A stretch of DNA of 64,000 nt from Escherichia coli (GCF_003790525.1 NZ_CP033635.1); one strand, 5' to 3'; counted from the first letter of the stretch, positions 52,764 through 63,019 are shown. Notes: generated by a model from the letters alone, not told the origin. Numbers and translations are program-made.

Positions 52764-53194
52764 TCCATTACAAAAGCCATTCGCTACAGAGTGGCTTTGA
52801 TAATGGCTTATACCCTGTACGGGATAACTTAATTGATATCCCTTTTAACGGATAAAGGTATTCAAGCCTGACACATCATTCGCTATATAGTCGCCGTATT
52901 CCCGTATGAACAGAAACCGTAGCCCGACGGGGAACTCCTTCTGCGCGAGTGTGCGGGAATAATCAAAAACGATGTACACCGGGTTTTTACCGCGTTAATG
53001 ATTCGCGGGTTTATCCCTCATAGTCGCCTGTCCGGTGCGATGGTGGAAGAAACCGGAAGCTGTATTACAGAAAGTGCTACTACTGTATCCTGATGCGATG
53101 TATGTAATGTGAGTCAGATAATGGCACAGGATGTGGTGATGTGGCAGTCTGGAACACAGGATATATTGTCAGAATAAGACCCGTAGGAATAAAA

Positions 53195-53521
53195 ATGAAA
53201 AGACGCCTTTCACTACTTTTTCTGTTATCTGCCCTGGCAGTGGGATGCTCGCAGCAAAAAGCTGATGAGCCCCGGCAATTAGTGACGGTGTATCCACGAT
53301 ATCCGGAATATGCTGCAGCAAATTATATCAAGGGGCTGGTTGAGGTTAAGTTCGATATTGGTGCTGACGGGACTGTGACACGGATCGTTTTTCTCCGCTC
53401 AGAGCCTCATAATTTGTTTCGTGATGAAGTGGTGAAGGCCATGGCGAAATGGAGATTTGAAAAGAATAGTCCCCGTCAGGGAGTGAAGAGACAATTTATC
53501 TTTACGCCATCACGTCCCTGA
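53195..53521 (+). CDS. lipoprotein consisting of a TonB C-terminal-like domain
   Basis: start MKRRLSLLFLLSALAVGCSQQ (lipobox LAVGC); region YPRYPEYAAANYIKGLVEVKFDIGADGTVTRIVFL...FRDEVVKAMAKWRFE aligns with host TonB C-terminus [32 protein letters not shown]...[15 protein letters not shown] in this window. Confidence 0.7.
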   Translation: MKRRLSLLFLLSALAVGCSQQKADEPRQLVTVYPRYPEYAAANYIKGLVEVKFDIGADGTVTRIVFLRSEPHNLFRDEVVKAMAKWRFEKNSPRQGVKRQFIFTPSRP

Positions 53522-53885
53522 TGCTTCCAGGTAGAGAGGGGCTGGAAGCAGGAGAAAAATGAAAGAGCCAGCGGTTATATTTTTGTCATGGCTGACGAGA
53601 AATGATGGAAGAAGGCGTTGTATGCCACACAACGCCTCACTGTTCATTTCTTCTTTTTCTCTGGTGTAACCCGATGAATAAGAGTTGCACTGGTTTCCGG
53701 TGAGATGGCGATATGCTCGGGCAAAGTATGCTGGCAGTTTTCCAACTGGTCAAAAATATCTGCTCTCGTCTGTTGCAATGCCTGCAGCATGCGGCGGCAA
53801 TGCGCCTTTGCTTTTGCTAACCATCTTTCCTTCCTCTATCAGTCGCTGCGTGAACTCATCATGGAATACCAGGTAAATGCGGATG

Positions 53886-54137
53886 TTATCGGTTTTGGCT
53901 ACGCAGCATAGTACAAAACGGACAGGTGCATCCCGGAATGGGGGAGGCGTCACATGTCCCTGTGATGGTTGTTCCGGGTAATGCACTGTGTGGGGCATAA
54001 AAATGTCCGATAATTTTACTTTCTACCGCAGTTAGTTGATTCGTTGGTCCTGGTAGCACATTGGGCGAGGGTTTAAATGCCAGGCAACTGAAGGATGATG
54101 TTGCAAGGGAGATAGCGAGAATATTTCTGATTTTCAT
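53886..54137 (-). CDS. small secreted Cys-rich protein
   Basis: start MKIRNILAISLATSSFSCLA signal peptide; C-terminal Cys cluster TGTCDASPIPGCTCPFC. Confidence 0.45.
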   Translation of the reverse strand: MKIRNILAISLATSSFSCLAFKPSPNVLPGPTNQLTAVESKIIGHFYAPHSALPGTTITGTCDASPIPGCTCPFCTMLRSQNR

Positions 54138-54287
54138 TTGATGATGCCTCTGTGTGAAATGACGGTAAACGACGCACTTGTGCCGGCACATAATAGCAAG
54201 CATCAGAATAGATCAGATTCGATTCTTGCTGTAAGTGATAATTATTCTCGTTTTTTCGGGTCCTTTCCGGCGATCCAACAGGTTACG

Positions 54288-54299
54288 GGGCGTCGACCT
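54288..54299 (+). other. cos site cohesive-end sequence (cosN), lambda-like
   Basis: ...ccggcgatccaacaggttacg GGGCGTCGACCT cgcgggttttcgctatttatg closely matches the remembered lambda cos junction; about 180 bp upstream of Nu1. Confidence 0.7.
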
Positions 54300-54476
54300 C
54301 GCGGGTTTTCGCTATTTATGAAAATTTTCCGGTTTAAGGCATTTCCGTTCTTCTTCGTCGTAACTTAATGTTTTTATTTAAAATACCCCCTGAAAAGAAA
54401 GGAAACGACAGGTGCTGAAAACGAGCTTTTGGGCCTCTGTCGTTTCCTTTCTCTGTTTTTGGCCGTGGAATGAACA

Positions 54477-55025
54477 ATGGAAGTCAACAAAAAGCAGCTG
54501 GCTGACATTTTCGGTGCGAGTATCCGTACCATTCAGAACTGGCAGGAGCAGGGAATGCCCGTTCTGCGAGGCGGTGGGAAGGGTAATGAGGTGCTTTATG
54601 ACTCTGCCGCCGTCATAAAATGGTATGCCGAAAGGGATGCTGAAATTGAGAACGAAAAGCTGCGCCGGGAGGTTGAAGAACTGCGGCAGGCCAGCGAGAC
54701 AGATCTGCAGCCCGGTACGATTGATTACGAACGCTACCGTCTCACAAAAGCACAGGCAGATGCGCAGGAACTGAAAAATGCTCGTGAAGAAGGGCTGGTT
54801 CTTGAAACGGAATTATTTACCTACATTTTTCAGCGAGTTGCGCAGAATATATCCGGGATCCTTGTTCGTGTTCCGCAGACACTGCAGCGTAAATACCCTG
54901 ATATATCACCAGCACATCTTGATGCTGTGAAAACTGAAATCGCGAAAGCATCCGATGTGGCTTCTGAATCAGGTGAGAATGTGTGGAGGTGGATTGATGA
55001 TTTCAGACGAGCTGAGGGCGGCTAA
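54477..55025 (+). CDS. nu1: terminase small subunit
   Basis: [42 protein letters not shown] matches lambda Nu1 N-terminus. Confidence 0.92.
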   Translation: MEVNKKQLADIFGASIRTIQNWQEQGMPVLRGGGKGNEVLYDSAAVIKWYAERDAEIENEKLRREVEELRQASETDLQPGTIDYERYRLTKAQADAQELKNAREEGLVLETELFTYIFQRVAQNISGILVRVPQTLQRKYPDISPAHLDAVKTEIAKASDVASESGENVWRWIDDFRRAEGG

Positions 55026-56925
55026 CTCTACAGGAGCGATAACGACTGGTCTCCTTGCGCTAAAAATTCCTGTACCCCTGACGACAGTTCAGTGGGCAGA
55101 TCAACATTATTACCTGCCGAAAGAGTCGTCTTACACACCAGGGCGGTGGGAAACATTGCCGTTTCAGGTTGCCATAATGAACAGTATGGGTAATGACCTG
55201 ATCCGCACTGTTAATCTGATTAAATCTGCCCGTGTTGGTTATACAAAAATGCTGTTGGGAGTGGAGGCTTATTTTATTGAGCATAAATCCCGCAACAGTC
55301 TGCTTTTTCAGCCCACGGACTCAGCTGCTGAAGATTTTATGAAATCTCATGTTGAGCCAACGATAAGGGATGTTCCTGCATTGCTGGAGCTGGCTCCATG
55401 GTTCGGAAGAAAACACCGCGATAATACGCTCACCCTGAAGCGTTTTTCCTCCGGTGTGGGGTTCTGGTGTCTGGGTGGTGCGGCAGCAAAAAACTACCGT
55501 GAAAAATCCGTGGATGTGGTCTGTTATGACGAGCTTTCCTCGTTCGAACCGGATGTTGAAAAAGAGGGCTCGCCAACCCTGCTGGGGGATAAGCGTATTG
55601 AGGGCTCTGTATGGCCAAAATCCATTCGCGGCTCGACGCCTAAAATCAAAGGCTCCTGCCAGATCGAAAAAGCCGCTAACGAGTCGGCACATTTCATGCG
55701 TTTTTATGTGCCCTGCCCGCACTGTGGGGAGGAGCAGTATCTGAAATTTGGCGATGAATCCACGCCTTTTGGCCTTAAATGGGAGAAGGAAAGCCCCGAA
55801 AGCGTTTTCTACCTTTGTGAGCATCATGGCTGTGTGATCCATCAGTCTGAGCTTGACCAGAGTAACGGGCGGTGGATCTGTGAAAACACGGGCATGTGGA
55901 CCCGTGACGGCCTGATGTTTTTCAGCGCCCGGGGTGATGAAATTCCGCCGCCGCGCTCCATCACTTTCCATATCTGGACGGCGTACAGTCCGTTCACCAC
56001 CTGGGTACAGATTGTCTATGACTGGCTGGATGCACTGAAAGATCCCAACGGCCTGAAAACCTTTGTGAACACCACGCTGGGCGAGACCTGGGAAGAGGCC
56101 GTGGGCGAAAAACTCGATCACCAGGTACTGATGGATAAGGTTGTGCGTTACACGGCGGCGGTGCCTGCCCGGGTGGTTTATCTGACGGCGGGCATTGACT
56201 CGCAGCGAAACCGTTTTGAGATGTATGTCTGGGGATGGGCTCCGGGAGAGGAAGCCTTTCTGGTGGATAAAATCATTATTATGGGGCGTCCCGATGAGGA
56301 AGAGACACTGTTACGTGTGGATGCAGCGATCAACAAAAAATACTGCCATGCAGACGGAACCGAAATGACCATTTCCCGTGTCTGCTGGGACATCGGGGGG
56401 ATCGATGGCGAAATCGTTTATCAGAGGTCAAAAAAACACGGTGTTTTCCGGGTGCTGCCGGTAAAAGGCGCATCTGTCTATGGCAAGCCGGTGATCACCA
56501 TGCCAAAAACCCGCAATCAGCGGGGCGTGTATCTGTGTGAAGTGGGCACGGACACCGCAAAAGAAATTCTCTATGCCCGTATGAAAGCCGCTCCCACGCC
56601 TGCGGATGAATCCACGTCGTATGCCATCCGTTTTCCTGATGATCCGGAGATTTTTTCGCAGACAGAGGCGCAGCAACTGGTCGCGGAAGAGCTTGTGGAG
56701 AAGTGGGAAAAAGGAAAGATGCGTCTGCTGTGGGATAACAAAAAGCGGCGTAACGAAGCGCTGGACTGCCTGGTGTATGCCTACGCGGCATTACGTGTGT
56801 CCGTGCAACGCTGGCAGCTTGATCTGGCTGTACTGGCAAAATCCCGGGAAGAAGAGACGACCCGGCCAACCCTTAAAGAACTGGCAGCGAAGCTGTCCGG
56901 AGGAGTGAATGGTTACAGTCGCTGA
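54997..56925 (+). CDS. A: terminase large subunit
   Basis: start [11 protein letters not shown] overlapping Nu1 3' end; Walker-like ATPase region and close match to lambda gpA. Confidence 0.92.
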   Translation: MISDELRAANSTGAITTGLLALKIPVPLTTVQWADQHYYLPKESSYTPGRWETLPFQVAIMNSMGNDLIRTVNLIKSARVGYTKMLLGVEAYFIEHKSRNSLLFQPTDSAAEDFMKSHVEPTIRDVPALLELAPWFGRKHRDNTLTLKRFSSGVGFWCLGGAAAKNYREKSVDVVCYDELSSFEPDVEKEGSPTLLGDKRIEGSVWPKSIRGSTPKIKGSCQIEKAANESAHFMRFYVPCPHCGEEQYLKFGDESTPFGLKWEKESPESVFYLCEHHGCVIHQSELDQSNGRWICENTGMWTRDGLMFFSARGDEIPPPRSITFHIWTAYSPFTTWVQIVYDWLDALKDPNGLKTFVNTTLGETWEEAVGEKLDHQVLMDKVVRYTAAVPARVVYLTAGIDSQRNRFEMYVWGWAPGEEAFLVDKIIIMGRPDEEETLLRVDAAINKKYCHADGTEMTISRVCWDIGGIDGEIVYQRSKKHGVFRVLPVKGASVYGKPVITMPKTRNQRGVYLCEVGTDTAKEILYARMKAAPTPADESTSYAIRFPDDPEIFSQTEAQQLVAEELVEKWEKGKMRLLWDNKKRRNEALDCLVYAYAALRVSVQRWQLDLAVLAKSREEETTRPTLKELAAKLSGGVNGYSR

Positions 56926-57115
56926 ACTGCAGGCGCTGCGTCAGGCGCGCCTTGATTTATTAACCGGTAAACGGGTGGTGTCTGTCCAGAAAGATGGTCG
57001 CAGAATTGAATATACGGCGGCTTCTCTGGATGAGCTTAACCGGGCGATCAATGATGCGGAGTCGGTACTGGGGACAACCCGACGTCGCCGTCGTCCGCTG
57101 GGAGTGAGGTTATGA
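56909..57115 (+). CDS. W: head-tail joining protein W
   Basis: 68 aa, ...LTGKRVVSVQKDGRRIEYTAASL... matches lambda gpW. Confidence 0.88.
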   Translation: MVTVAELQALRQARLDLLTGKRVVSVQKDGRRIEYTAASLDELNRAINDAESVLGTTRRRRRPLGVRL

Positions 57116-58704
57116 AAAGAACGCCTGTCCTGATTGATGTGAACGGCGTTCCGCTTCGTGAGAGTCTCAGCTACAACGGGGGCGGCGCAGGATTTGGCGG
57201 GCAAATGGCGGAGTGGTTGCCACCGGCGCAGAGTGTCGATGCGGCCCTGCTGCCCGCGTTGCGTCTGGGGAATGCCCGGGCAGATGATCTGGTGCGCAAT
57301 AACGGAATAGCGGCTAATGCGGTGGCCCTGCATAAGGATCACATAGTCGGGCATATGTTTCTGATCAGCTACCGTCCGAACTGGCGCTGGCTGGGGATGC
57401 GGGAGACCGCAGCAAAAAGCTTTGTCGATGAGGTGGAGGCGGCCTGGTCGGAATACGCCGAAGGGATGTCTGGCGAGATCGACGTGGAAGGAAAACGCAC
57501 GTTCACGGAATTTATCCGGGAAGGCGTGGGCGTTCATGCGTTTAACGGCGAAATCTTTGTGCAGCCGGTCTGGGATGCGGAGACTACGCAGCTGTTTCGT
57601 ACGCGTTTTAAAGCCGTGAGTCCGAAACGGGTGGACACGCCAGGATACGGTTTGGGGAACCGCTTTCTGCGGGCCGGGGTGGAGGTCGATCGGCATGGAC
57701 GGGCCGTTGCGTACCATATCTGTGAGGATGATTTTCCGCTCTCTGGTAGTGGACGATGGGAACGGATCCCGCGTGAACTTCCCACCGGGCGTCCGGCCAT
57801 GCTGCATATTTTCGAGCCGGTTGAGGACGGGCAGACCCGTGGGGCTAATCAGTTTTACAGCGTCATGGAACGGCTGAAAATGCTCGATTCCCTGCAGGCA
57901 ACACAGCTTCAGTCAGCCATAGTGAAGGCGATGTATGCAGCGACGATTGAAAGTGAACTTGATACCGAAAAGGCCTTTGAATATATCGCCGGTGCGCCGC
58001 AGGGGCAGAAGGATAATCCGCTTATTAATATTCTGGAGAAGTTCTCCAGCTGGTATGACACGAATAACGTGACACTGGGCGGTGTCAAAATTCCGCACCT
58101 TTTCCCCGGTGATGATCTGAAACTACAGACTGCGCAGGATTCAGACAATGGATTTTCTGCGCTTGAACAGGCGCTGCTGCGGTATATCGCCGCCGGTCTT
58201 GGCGTTTCCTACGAACAGTTGTCCCGTGATTACTCGAAGGTCAGTTATTCAAGTGCCCGCGCCTCCGCCAATGAGTCGTGGCGCTATTTTATGGGGCGGC
58301 GAAAATTTATTGCGGCCCGGCTGGCCACGCAGATGTTTTCCTGCTGGCTGGAAGAGGCTCTTCTGCGGGGGATTATTCGTCCGCCACGGGCGCGTTTTGA
58401 TTTTTATCAGGCGCGTTCATCCTGGTCACGGGCAGAGTGGATTGGAGACGGAAGAATGGCCATTGACGGGCTCAAGGAGGTCCAGGAATCGGTGATGCGC
58501 ATTGAGGCCGGACTGAGCACGTATGAGAAAGAGCTGGCGCTGATGGGTGAGGATTATCAGGACATTTTCCGCCAGCAGGTCAGGGAATCTGCAGAGCGGG
58601 AAAAAGCCGGACTCTCACGTCCGGTGTGGATAGCGCAGGCGTATCAGCAGCAGATAGCGGCGAGTCGCAGGCCGGAAGAGGAGACAACACCACGTGAGAC
58701 GTAA
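57112..58704 (+). CDS. B: portal protein
   Basis: 530 aa, lambda gpB-like, position after W. Confidence 0.9.
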   Translation: MKRTPVLIDVNGVPLRESLSYNGGGAGFGGQMAEWLPPAQSVDAALLPALRLGNARADDLVRNNGIAANAVALHKDHIVGHMFLISYRPNWRWLGMRETAAKSFVDEVEAAWSEYAEGMSGEIDVEGKRTFTEFIREGVGVHAFNGEIFVQPVWDAETTQLFRTRFKAVSPKRVDTPGYGLGNRFLRAGVEVDRHGRAVAYHICEDDFPLSGSGRWERIPRELPTGRPAMLHIFEPVEDGQTRGANQFYSVMERLKMLDSLQATQLQSAIVKAMYAATIESELDTEKAFEYIAGAPQGQKDNPLINILEKFSSWYDTNNVTLGGVKIPHLFPGDDLKLQTAQDSDNGFSALEQALLRYIAAGLGVSYEQLSRDYSKVSYSSARASANESWRYFMGRRKFIAARLATQMFSCWLEEALLRGIIRPPRARFDFYQARSSWSRAEWIGDGRMAIDGLKEVQESVMRIEAGLSTYEKELALMGEDYQDIFRQQVRESAEREKAGLSRPVWIAQAYQQQIAASRRPEEETTPRET

Positions 58705-60199
58705 TCTTTCACACATTATTGCCGCAGCATTCAATGAACCGCTGCTTCTGGAGCCCGCCTATGCGCGGGTTTTCTTTTGCGCGCTCGGGCGCGAGATGGG
58801 GGCAGCAAGTCTTTCGGTACCACAACAGCAGGTACAGCTTGATGCTCCCGGAATGCTGGCTGAAACGGACGAGTACATGGCCGGAGGTAAACGACCGGCC
58901 CGTGTTTACCGGGTGGTGAACGGTATTGCTGTACTGCCGGTGACCGGCATGCTGGTGCACCGGCTGGGTGGTATGCGGCCATTTTCCGGAATGACAGGCT
59001 ATGACGGCATTGTCGCCTGTCTTCAGCAGGCAATGGCGGACACCGCTGTCCGGGGCGTACTGCTGGACATTGACAGTCCGGGCGGGCAGGCCGCAGGCGC
59101 GTTTGACTGCGCTGACATGATTTACCGCCTCCGTCAGCAGAAGCCGGTCTGGGCAGTGTGCAATGACACGGCCTGTTCTGCAGCCATGCTGCTGGCGTCG
59201 GCCTGCTCCCGACGGCTGGTTACCCAGACATCCCGTATCGGCTCCATTGGCGTGATGATGAGCCATCTCAGCTATGCCGGTCATCTGGCGCAGGCCGGTG
59301 TGGATATCACGCTGATTTATGCCGGGGCGCACAAGGTGGATGGCAATCAGTTTGAAGCCTTACCGGAAGAGGTGCGTCAGGACATGCAGCAGCGCATTGA
59401 TGCGGCACACCGGATGTTTGCCGAAAAAGTGGCGATGTATACCGGGCTGTCTGTGGATGTGGTCACGGGAACAGAGGCCGCCGTTTTTGAAGGTCAGTCC
59501 GGCATTGAGGCCGGGCTGGCGGATGAATTAGTCAATGCGTCGGATGCCATCAGTGTGATGACCACGGCGCTGTACACACATGATACAGGAGGCACTATGC
59601 CGCAATTAACTGCAACGGAAGCCGCCGCGCAGGAGAACCAGCGAGTGATGGGGATCCTGACGAGTAAGGAAGCGAAAGGACGTGAACAGCTTGCCACGAT
59701 GCTGGCGGGACAACAGGGCATGAGCGTTGAACAGGCCCGGGAGATCCTGGCCGCGGCGGCACCACAGCAGCCGGTGGCATCCGCGCAGAGTGAAGCCGAT
59801 CGCATTATGGCGTGTGAAGAGGCGAAAGGTCGTGAACAACTGGCGGCAACGCTGGCGGCGATGCCGGAGATGACGGTGGAAAAAGCCCGCCCGATCCTGG
59901 CAGCTTCACCGCAGGCGGATGCCGGACCATCACTCCGTGATCAGATCATGGCCCTGGATGAGGCAAAAGGGGCTGAGGCGCAGGCTGAACAGCTGGCTGC
60001 CTGCCCGGGAATGACCGTGGAGAACGCCCGGGCTGTGCTGGCTGCGGGATCAGGTAAGGCAGAACCGGTCTCTGCATCCACAACCGCCATGTTTGAACAT
60101 TTCATGGCGAACCATTCACCGGCAGCGGTACAGGGTGGCGTGCCACAGACGTCAGCAGACGGTGATGCGGACGTGAAAATGCTCATGGCCATGCCATGA
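58694..60199 (+). CDS. C: head maturation protease C with nested scaffold (Nu3-like) region, carrying internal tandem repeats
   Basis: GTG start; N-terminal ClpP/S49-like protease region matches lambda gpC; C-terminal part has three copies of an approx 40-aa motif (EAKGREQLA...MTVE.AR.ILAA). Confidence 0.85.
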   Translation: MRRNLSHIIAAAFNEPLLLEPAYARVFFCALGREMGAASLSVPQQQVQLDAPGMLAETDEYMAGGKRPARVYRVVNGIAVLPVTGMLVHRLGGMRPFSGMTGYDGIVACLQQAMADTAVRGVLLDIDSPGGQAAGAFDCADMIYRLRQQKPVWAVCNDTACSAAMLLASACSRRLVTQTSRIGSIGVMMSHLSYAGHLAQAGVDITLIYAGAHKVDGNQFEALPEEVRQDMQQRIDAAHRMFAEKVAMYTGLSVDVVTGTEAAVFEGQSGIEAGLADELVNASDAISVMTTALYTHDTGGTMPQLTATEAAAQENQRVMGILTSKEAKGREQLATMLAGQQGMSVEQAREILAAAAPQQPVASAQSEADRIMACEEAKGREQLAATLAAMPEMTVEKARPILAASPQADAGPSLRDQIMALDEAKGAEAQAEQLAACPGMTVENARAVLAAGSGKAEPVSASTTAMFEHFMANHSPAAVQGGVPQTSADGDADVKMLMAMP

Positions 60200-60235
60200 A
60201 GCCAGTGCTGACCATCAATAGGAGGTTTTGACAAT

Positions 60236-60583
60236 ATGGTAACGAAAACCATCACTGAACAGCGTGCGGAAGTACGTATTTTTGCCGGTAATGATCCGGC
60301 TCACACCGCCACAGGCAGCAGCGGGATTTCCTCGGCAACACCGGCACTGACGCCCCTGATGCTGGATGAAGCCACCGGGAAACTGGTGGTCTGGGACGGA
60401 CAGAAAGCCGGAGGTGCGGTTGGCATACTGGTACTGCCGCTTGAAGGCACAGAGACGGTGCTGACGTATTACAAGTCGGGGACTTTTGCGACGGAGGCAA
60501 TCCGCTGGCCTGACAGTGTGGATGAACACAAAAAGGCCAACGCCTTTGCAGGCAGTGTCCTGAGTCACGCGGCGCTGCCGTAA
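60236..60583 (+). CDS. D: head decoration protein D
   Basis: 115 aa, ...DPAHTATGSSG...TPLMLDEATGKLVVWDG... matches lambda gpD. Confidence 0.88.
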   Translation: MVTKTITEQRAEVRIFAGNDPAHTATGSSGISSATPALTPLMLDEATGKLVVWDGQKAGGAVGILVLPLEGTETVLTYYKSGTFATEAIRWPDSVDEHKKANAFAGSVLSHAALP

Positions 60584-60640
60584 CACGTTATCAGGCCACC
60601 GCGGTGGCCTGACTGATTTCTGAATGAAAGGAACTGATTT

Positions 60641-61669
60641 ATGGGATTGTTTACGACCCGCCAGTTACTCGGTTATACCGAACAAAAAGTGAAATTTCGT
60701 GCGCTGTTTCTGGAGCTGTTTTTCCGTCGTACGGTGAATTTCCATACCGAAGAGGTGATGCTGGACAAAATTACCGGAAAAACGCCGGTGGCGGCCTATG
60801 TCTCCCCGGTTGTTGAAGGAAAAGTGCTGCGTCATCGTGGTGGTGAAACCCGCGTCTTGCGTCCGGGATACGTCAAGCCGAAACACGAATTTAATTCCCG
60901 GCAGGCGGTTGAGCGCCTTCCTGGTGAAGATCCGGCTCAACTGAACGATCCGGCTTACCGCCGTCTGCGTATCATTACCGATAACCTCAAACAGGAAGAG
61001 TACGCGATTGTCCAGGTGGAAGAAATGCAGGCGGTAAATGCCGTGCTGTATGGCAAATACACCATGGAAGGAGACCAGTTCGAGAAAATTGAGGTCGATT
61101 TTGGCAGATCGCCGGCGAATAACATTACGCAGGCCAGTGGTAAAAAATGGTCTGAGCACGATCGTGACACGTTCGATCCTGCGCATGATATTGACCTCTA
61201 CTGCGACCAGGCCAGCGGCCTTGTGAATATTGCCATTATGGACGGTAGCGTCTGGCGTCTGCTGAATGGTTTTAAGCTGTTCCGCGAAAAACTGGATACC
61301 CGTCGCGGTTCAAATTCGCAACTCGAAACGGCAGTGAAAGACCTGGGGGCGGTGGTGTCTTTCAAAGGGTATTACGGTGATCTGGCCATTGTGGTGGCGA
61401 AAACGTCTTATGTGGCAGAGGACGGTACCGAAAAACGTTATCTGCCAGACGGCACGCTGGTCCTGGGGAATACTGCTGCAGATGGGATCCGTTGTTACGG
61501 TGCCATTCAGGATGCACAGGCGTTGTCTGAAGGCGTGGTGGCCTCTTCCCGTTATCCGAAACACTGGCTGACGGTGGGGGATCCCGCCCGTGAATTTACC
61601 ATGACGCAGTCCGCGCCGCTGATGGTGTTGCCGGACCCGGATGAGTTTGTGGTGGTACAGGTGAAATAA
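60641..61669 (+). CDS. E: major capsid protein E
   Basis: 342 aa, ...TPGYVKPKHE..., ...TRRGSNS.LETAVKDLG..., ...YPKHW.TVGDPAREFTM.QSAPLM matches lambda gpE. Confidence 0.92.
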   Translation: MGLFTTRQLLGYTEQKVKFRALFLELFFRRTVNFHTEEVMLDKITGKTPVAAYVSPVVEGKVLRHRGGETRVLRPGYVKPKHEFNSRQAVERLPGEDPAQLNDPAYRRLRIITDNLKQEEYAIVQVEEMQAVNAVLYGKYTMEGDQFEKIEVDFGRSPANNITQASGKKWSEHDRDTFDPAHDIDLYCDQASGLVNIAIMDGSVWRLLNGFKLFREKLDTRRGSNSQLETAVKDLGAVVSFKGYYGDLAIVVAKTSYVAEDGTEKRYLPDGTLVLGNTAADGIRCYGAIQDAQALSEGVVASSRYPKHWLTVGDPAREFTMTQSAPLMVLPDPDEFVVVQVK

Positions 61670-61720
61670 TCCGTGAGCGGGGGCGAAATGCCCCCGTGTC
61701 TTTTTTCACAGAGGCCTGAT

Positions 61721-62083
61721 ATGGCAACGAAAGAGCAAAATCTGAAACGGCTTGATGAACTGGCCCGGATTCTGGGGCGTGAGCCGGATATATCCGGGAG
61801 TGCCGCAGAGATAGCGCAGCGGGTGGCGGAATGGGAAGAGGAAGCAGAGGACAAAAACCAGGAGAGTGATGAGAACGAAAGGCATTTGATGACGTATAGC
61901 TACTCCACTGGCGGGGATGAAATGAGCACTGTTCGTGTACTCAAAACCCTGCATGTGGCGGGAAAACATCCGCATGATGACAGTGATATGGAGATTGTTG
62001 TTACAGGTATGACTGTCAGAGTTGATCCAGTGAATGTTGCGGAACTTGTCCTGGAGGGGCTTGTTACAGATGAAAGTTATTAA
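61721..62083 (+). CDS. FI: DNA packaging protein FI-like
   Basis: start MATKEQNLKRL; position between E and FII; acidic central region. Confidence 0.6.
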   Translation: MATKEQNLKRLDELARILGREPDISGSAAEIAQRVAEWEEEAEDKNQESDENERHLMTYSYSTGGDEMSTVRVLKTLHVAGKHPHDDSDMEIVVTGMTVRVDPVNVAELVLEGLVTDESY

Positions 62084-62432
62084 TATCAGGGATAACGGTT
62101 TTGATACAGCCATTGCCCGGGCTGATGAAACGATACGCGGGCATATGGGAACGTCAGCCACCATTACATCCGGTGAGCAGCCCGGCGCAGTAATACGTGG
62201 TGTTTTTGATGACCCTGAAAATATCAGCTATGCCGGACAGGGCGTGCGCGTTGAAGGCTCCAGCCCGTCCCTGTTTGTCCGGACTGATGATGTGCGGCAA
62301 CTGCGGCGTGGAGACACGCTGACCATCGGTGAGGAAAACTTCTGGATAGACCGGGTTTCGCCGGATGATGGCGGAAGCTGTCATCTCTGGCTTGGGCGTG
62401 GCGTGCCGCCTGCCGTTAACCGTCGTCGCTGA
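62070..62432 (+). CDS. FII: head-tail connector protein FII
   Basis: start MKVINIRDNGFDTAIARADETIRGHMGTSATITSGEQPGAVIRG matches lambda gpFII. Confidence 0.85.
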   Translation: MKVINIRDNGFDTAIARADETIRGHMGTSATITSGEQPGAVIRGVFDDPENISYAGQGVRVEGSSPSLFVRTDDVRQLRRGDTLTIGEENFWIDRVSPDDGGSCHLWLGRGVPPAVNRRR

Positions 62433-62443
62433 AAGGGGGATGT

Positions 62444-63019
62444 ATGGCCATACAGGGTCTTGAGCAGGCCGTTGAAAACCTCAGTCGTATCAGCAGAACG
62501 GCGGTGCCCGGTGCGTCAGCAATGGCCATTAACCGCGTGGCCACAACGGCGATTAATCAGTCTTCGTCTCAGGTCGCCCGTGAAACCCGGGTGCCGAGAA
62601 AACTGGTTAAACAGCGATCCAGACTGAAACGGGCTACGGTCAGAAATCCGAATGCAAAAATTATCGTTAACCGAGGTGATCTCCCTGCTATTAAGCTGGG
62701 GATCAGGATGCTTGGTCATCGCCCGAACAGCATACTCAAAGCCGGTCAGCATCGTTATCAGCGGGCATTCATCCAGCGATTAAATAATGGGCGCTGGCAT
62801 GTTATGCAACGTCTGCCAGAAGCCAGGTATGCGAAGGGCAATGACGATAAGGGAAGGAAAAAGCGTAATCGTCTTCCCATTCAGGTGGTGAAAATTCCGA
62901 TGGCGGTCCCACTGAAACAGGCTTTTGATGAGAACGTTAACCGTATCCGGCGAGAACGTCTGCCAAAAGAACTGAGCTATGCGCTGAAACAACAACTGAG
63001 GATTGTGATAAAGCGATGA
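62444..63019 (+). CDS. Z: tail completion protein Z
   Basis: 191 aa, MAIQGLEQAVENLSRIS...ERLPKEL.YAL...LR.VIKR matches lambda gpZ. Confidence 0.88.
   Translation: MAIQGLEQAVENLSRISRTAVPGASAMAINRVATTAINQSSSQVARETRVPRKLVKQRSRLKRATVRNPNAKIIVNRGDLPAIKLGIRMLGHRPNSILKAGQHRYQRAFIQRLNNGRWHVMQRLPEARYAKGNDDKGRKKRNRLPIQVVKIPMAVPLKQAFDENVNRIRRERLPKELSYALKQQLRIVIKR

Noticed and set aside
53685-53998. Overlapping 63-82 aa ORFs between the TonB-like lipoprotein gene and the secreted-protein gene
   Set aside because: Mutually overlapping frames without RBS; region contains a hairpin terminator (53612-53640) and is probably intergenic
55321-56121. 266-aa minus-strand ORF inside the terminase large subunit gene
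   Set aside because: Antisense to a gene with an unambiguous lambda gpA match
56941-57807. 288-aa minus-strand ORF across W and portal genes
   Set aside because: Antisense to confidently assigned head genes; Arg/Pro-rich
58709-59332. 207-aa minus-strand ORF inside gene C
   Set aside because: Antisense to the protease/scaffold gene
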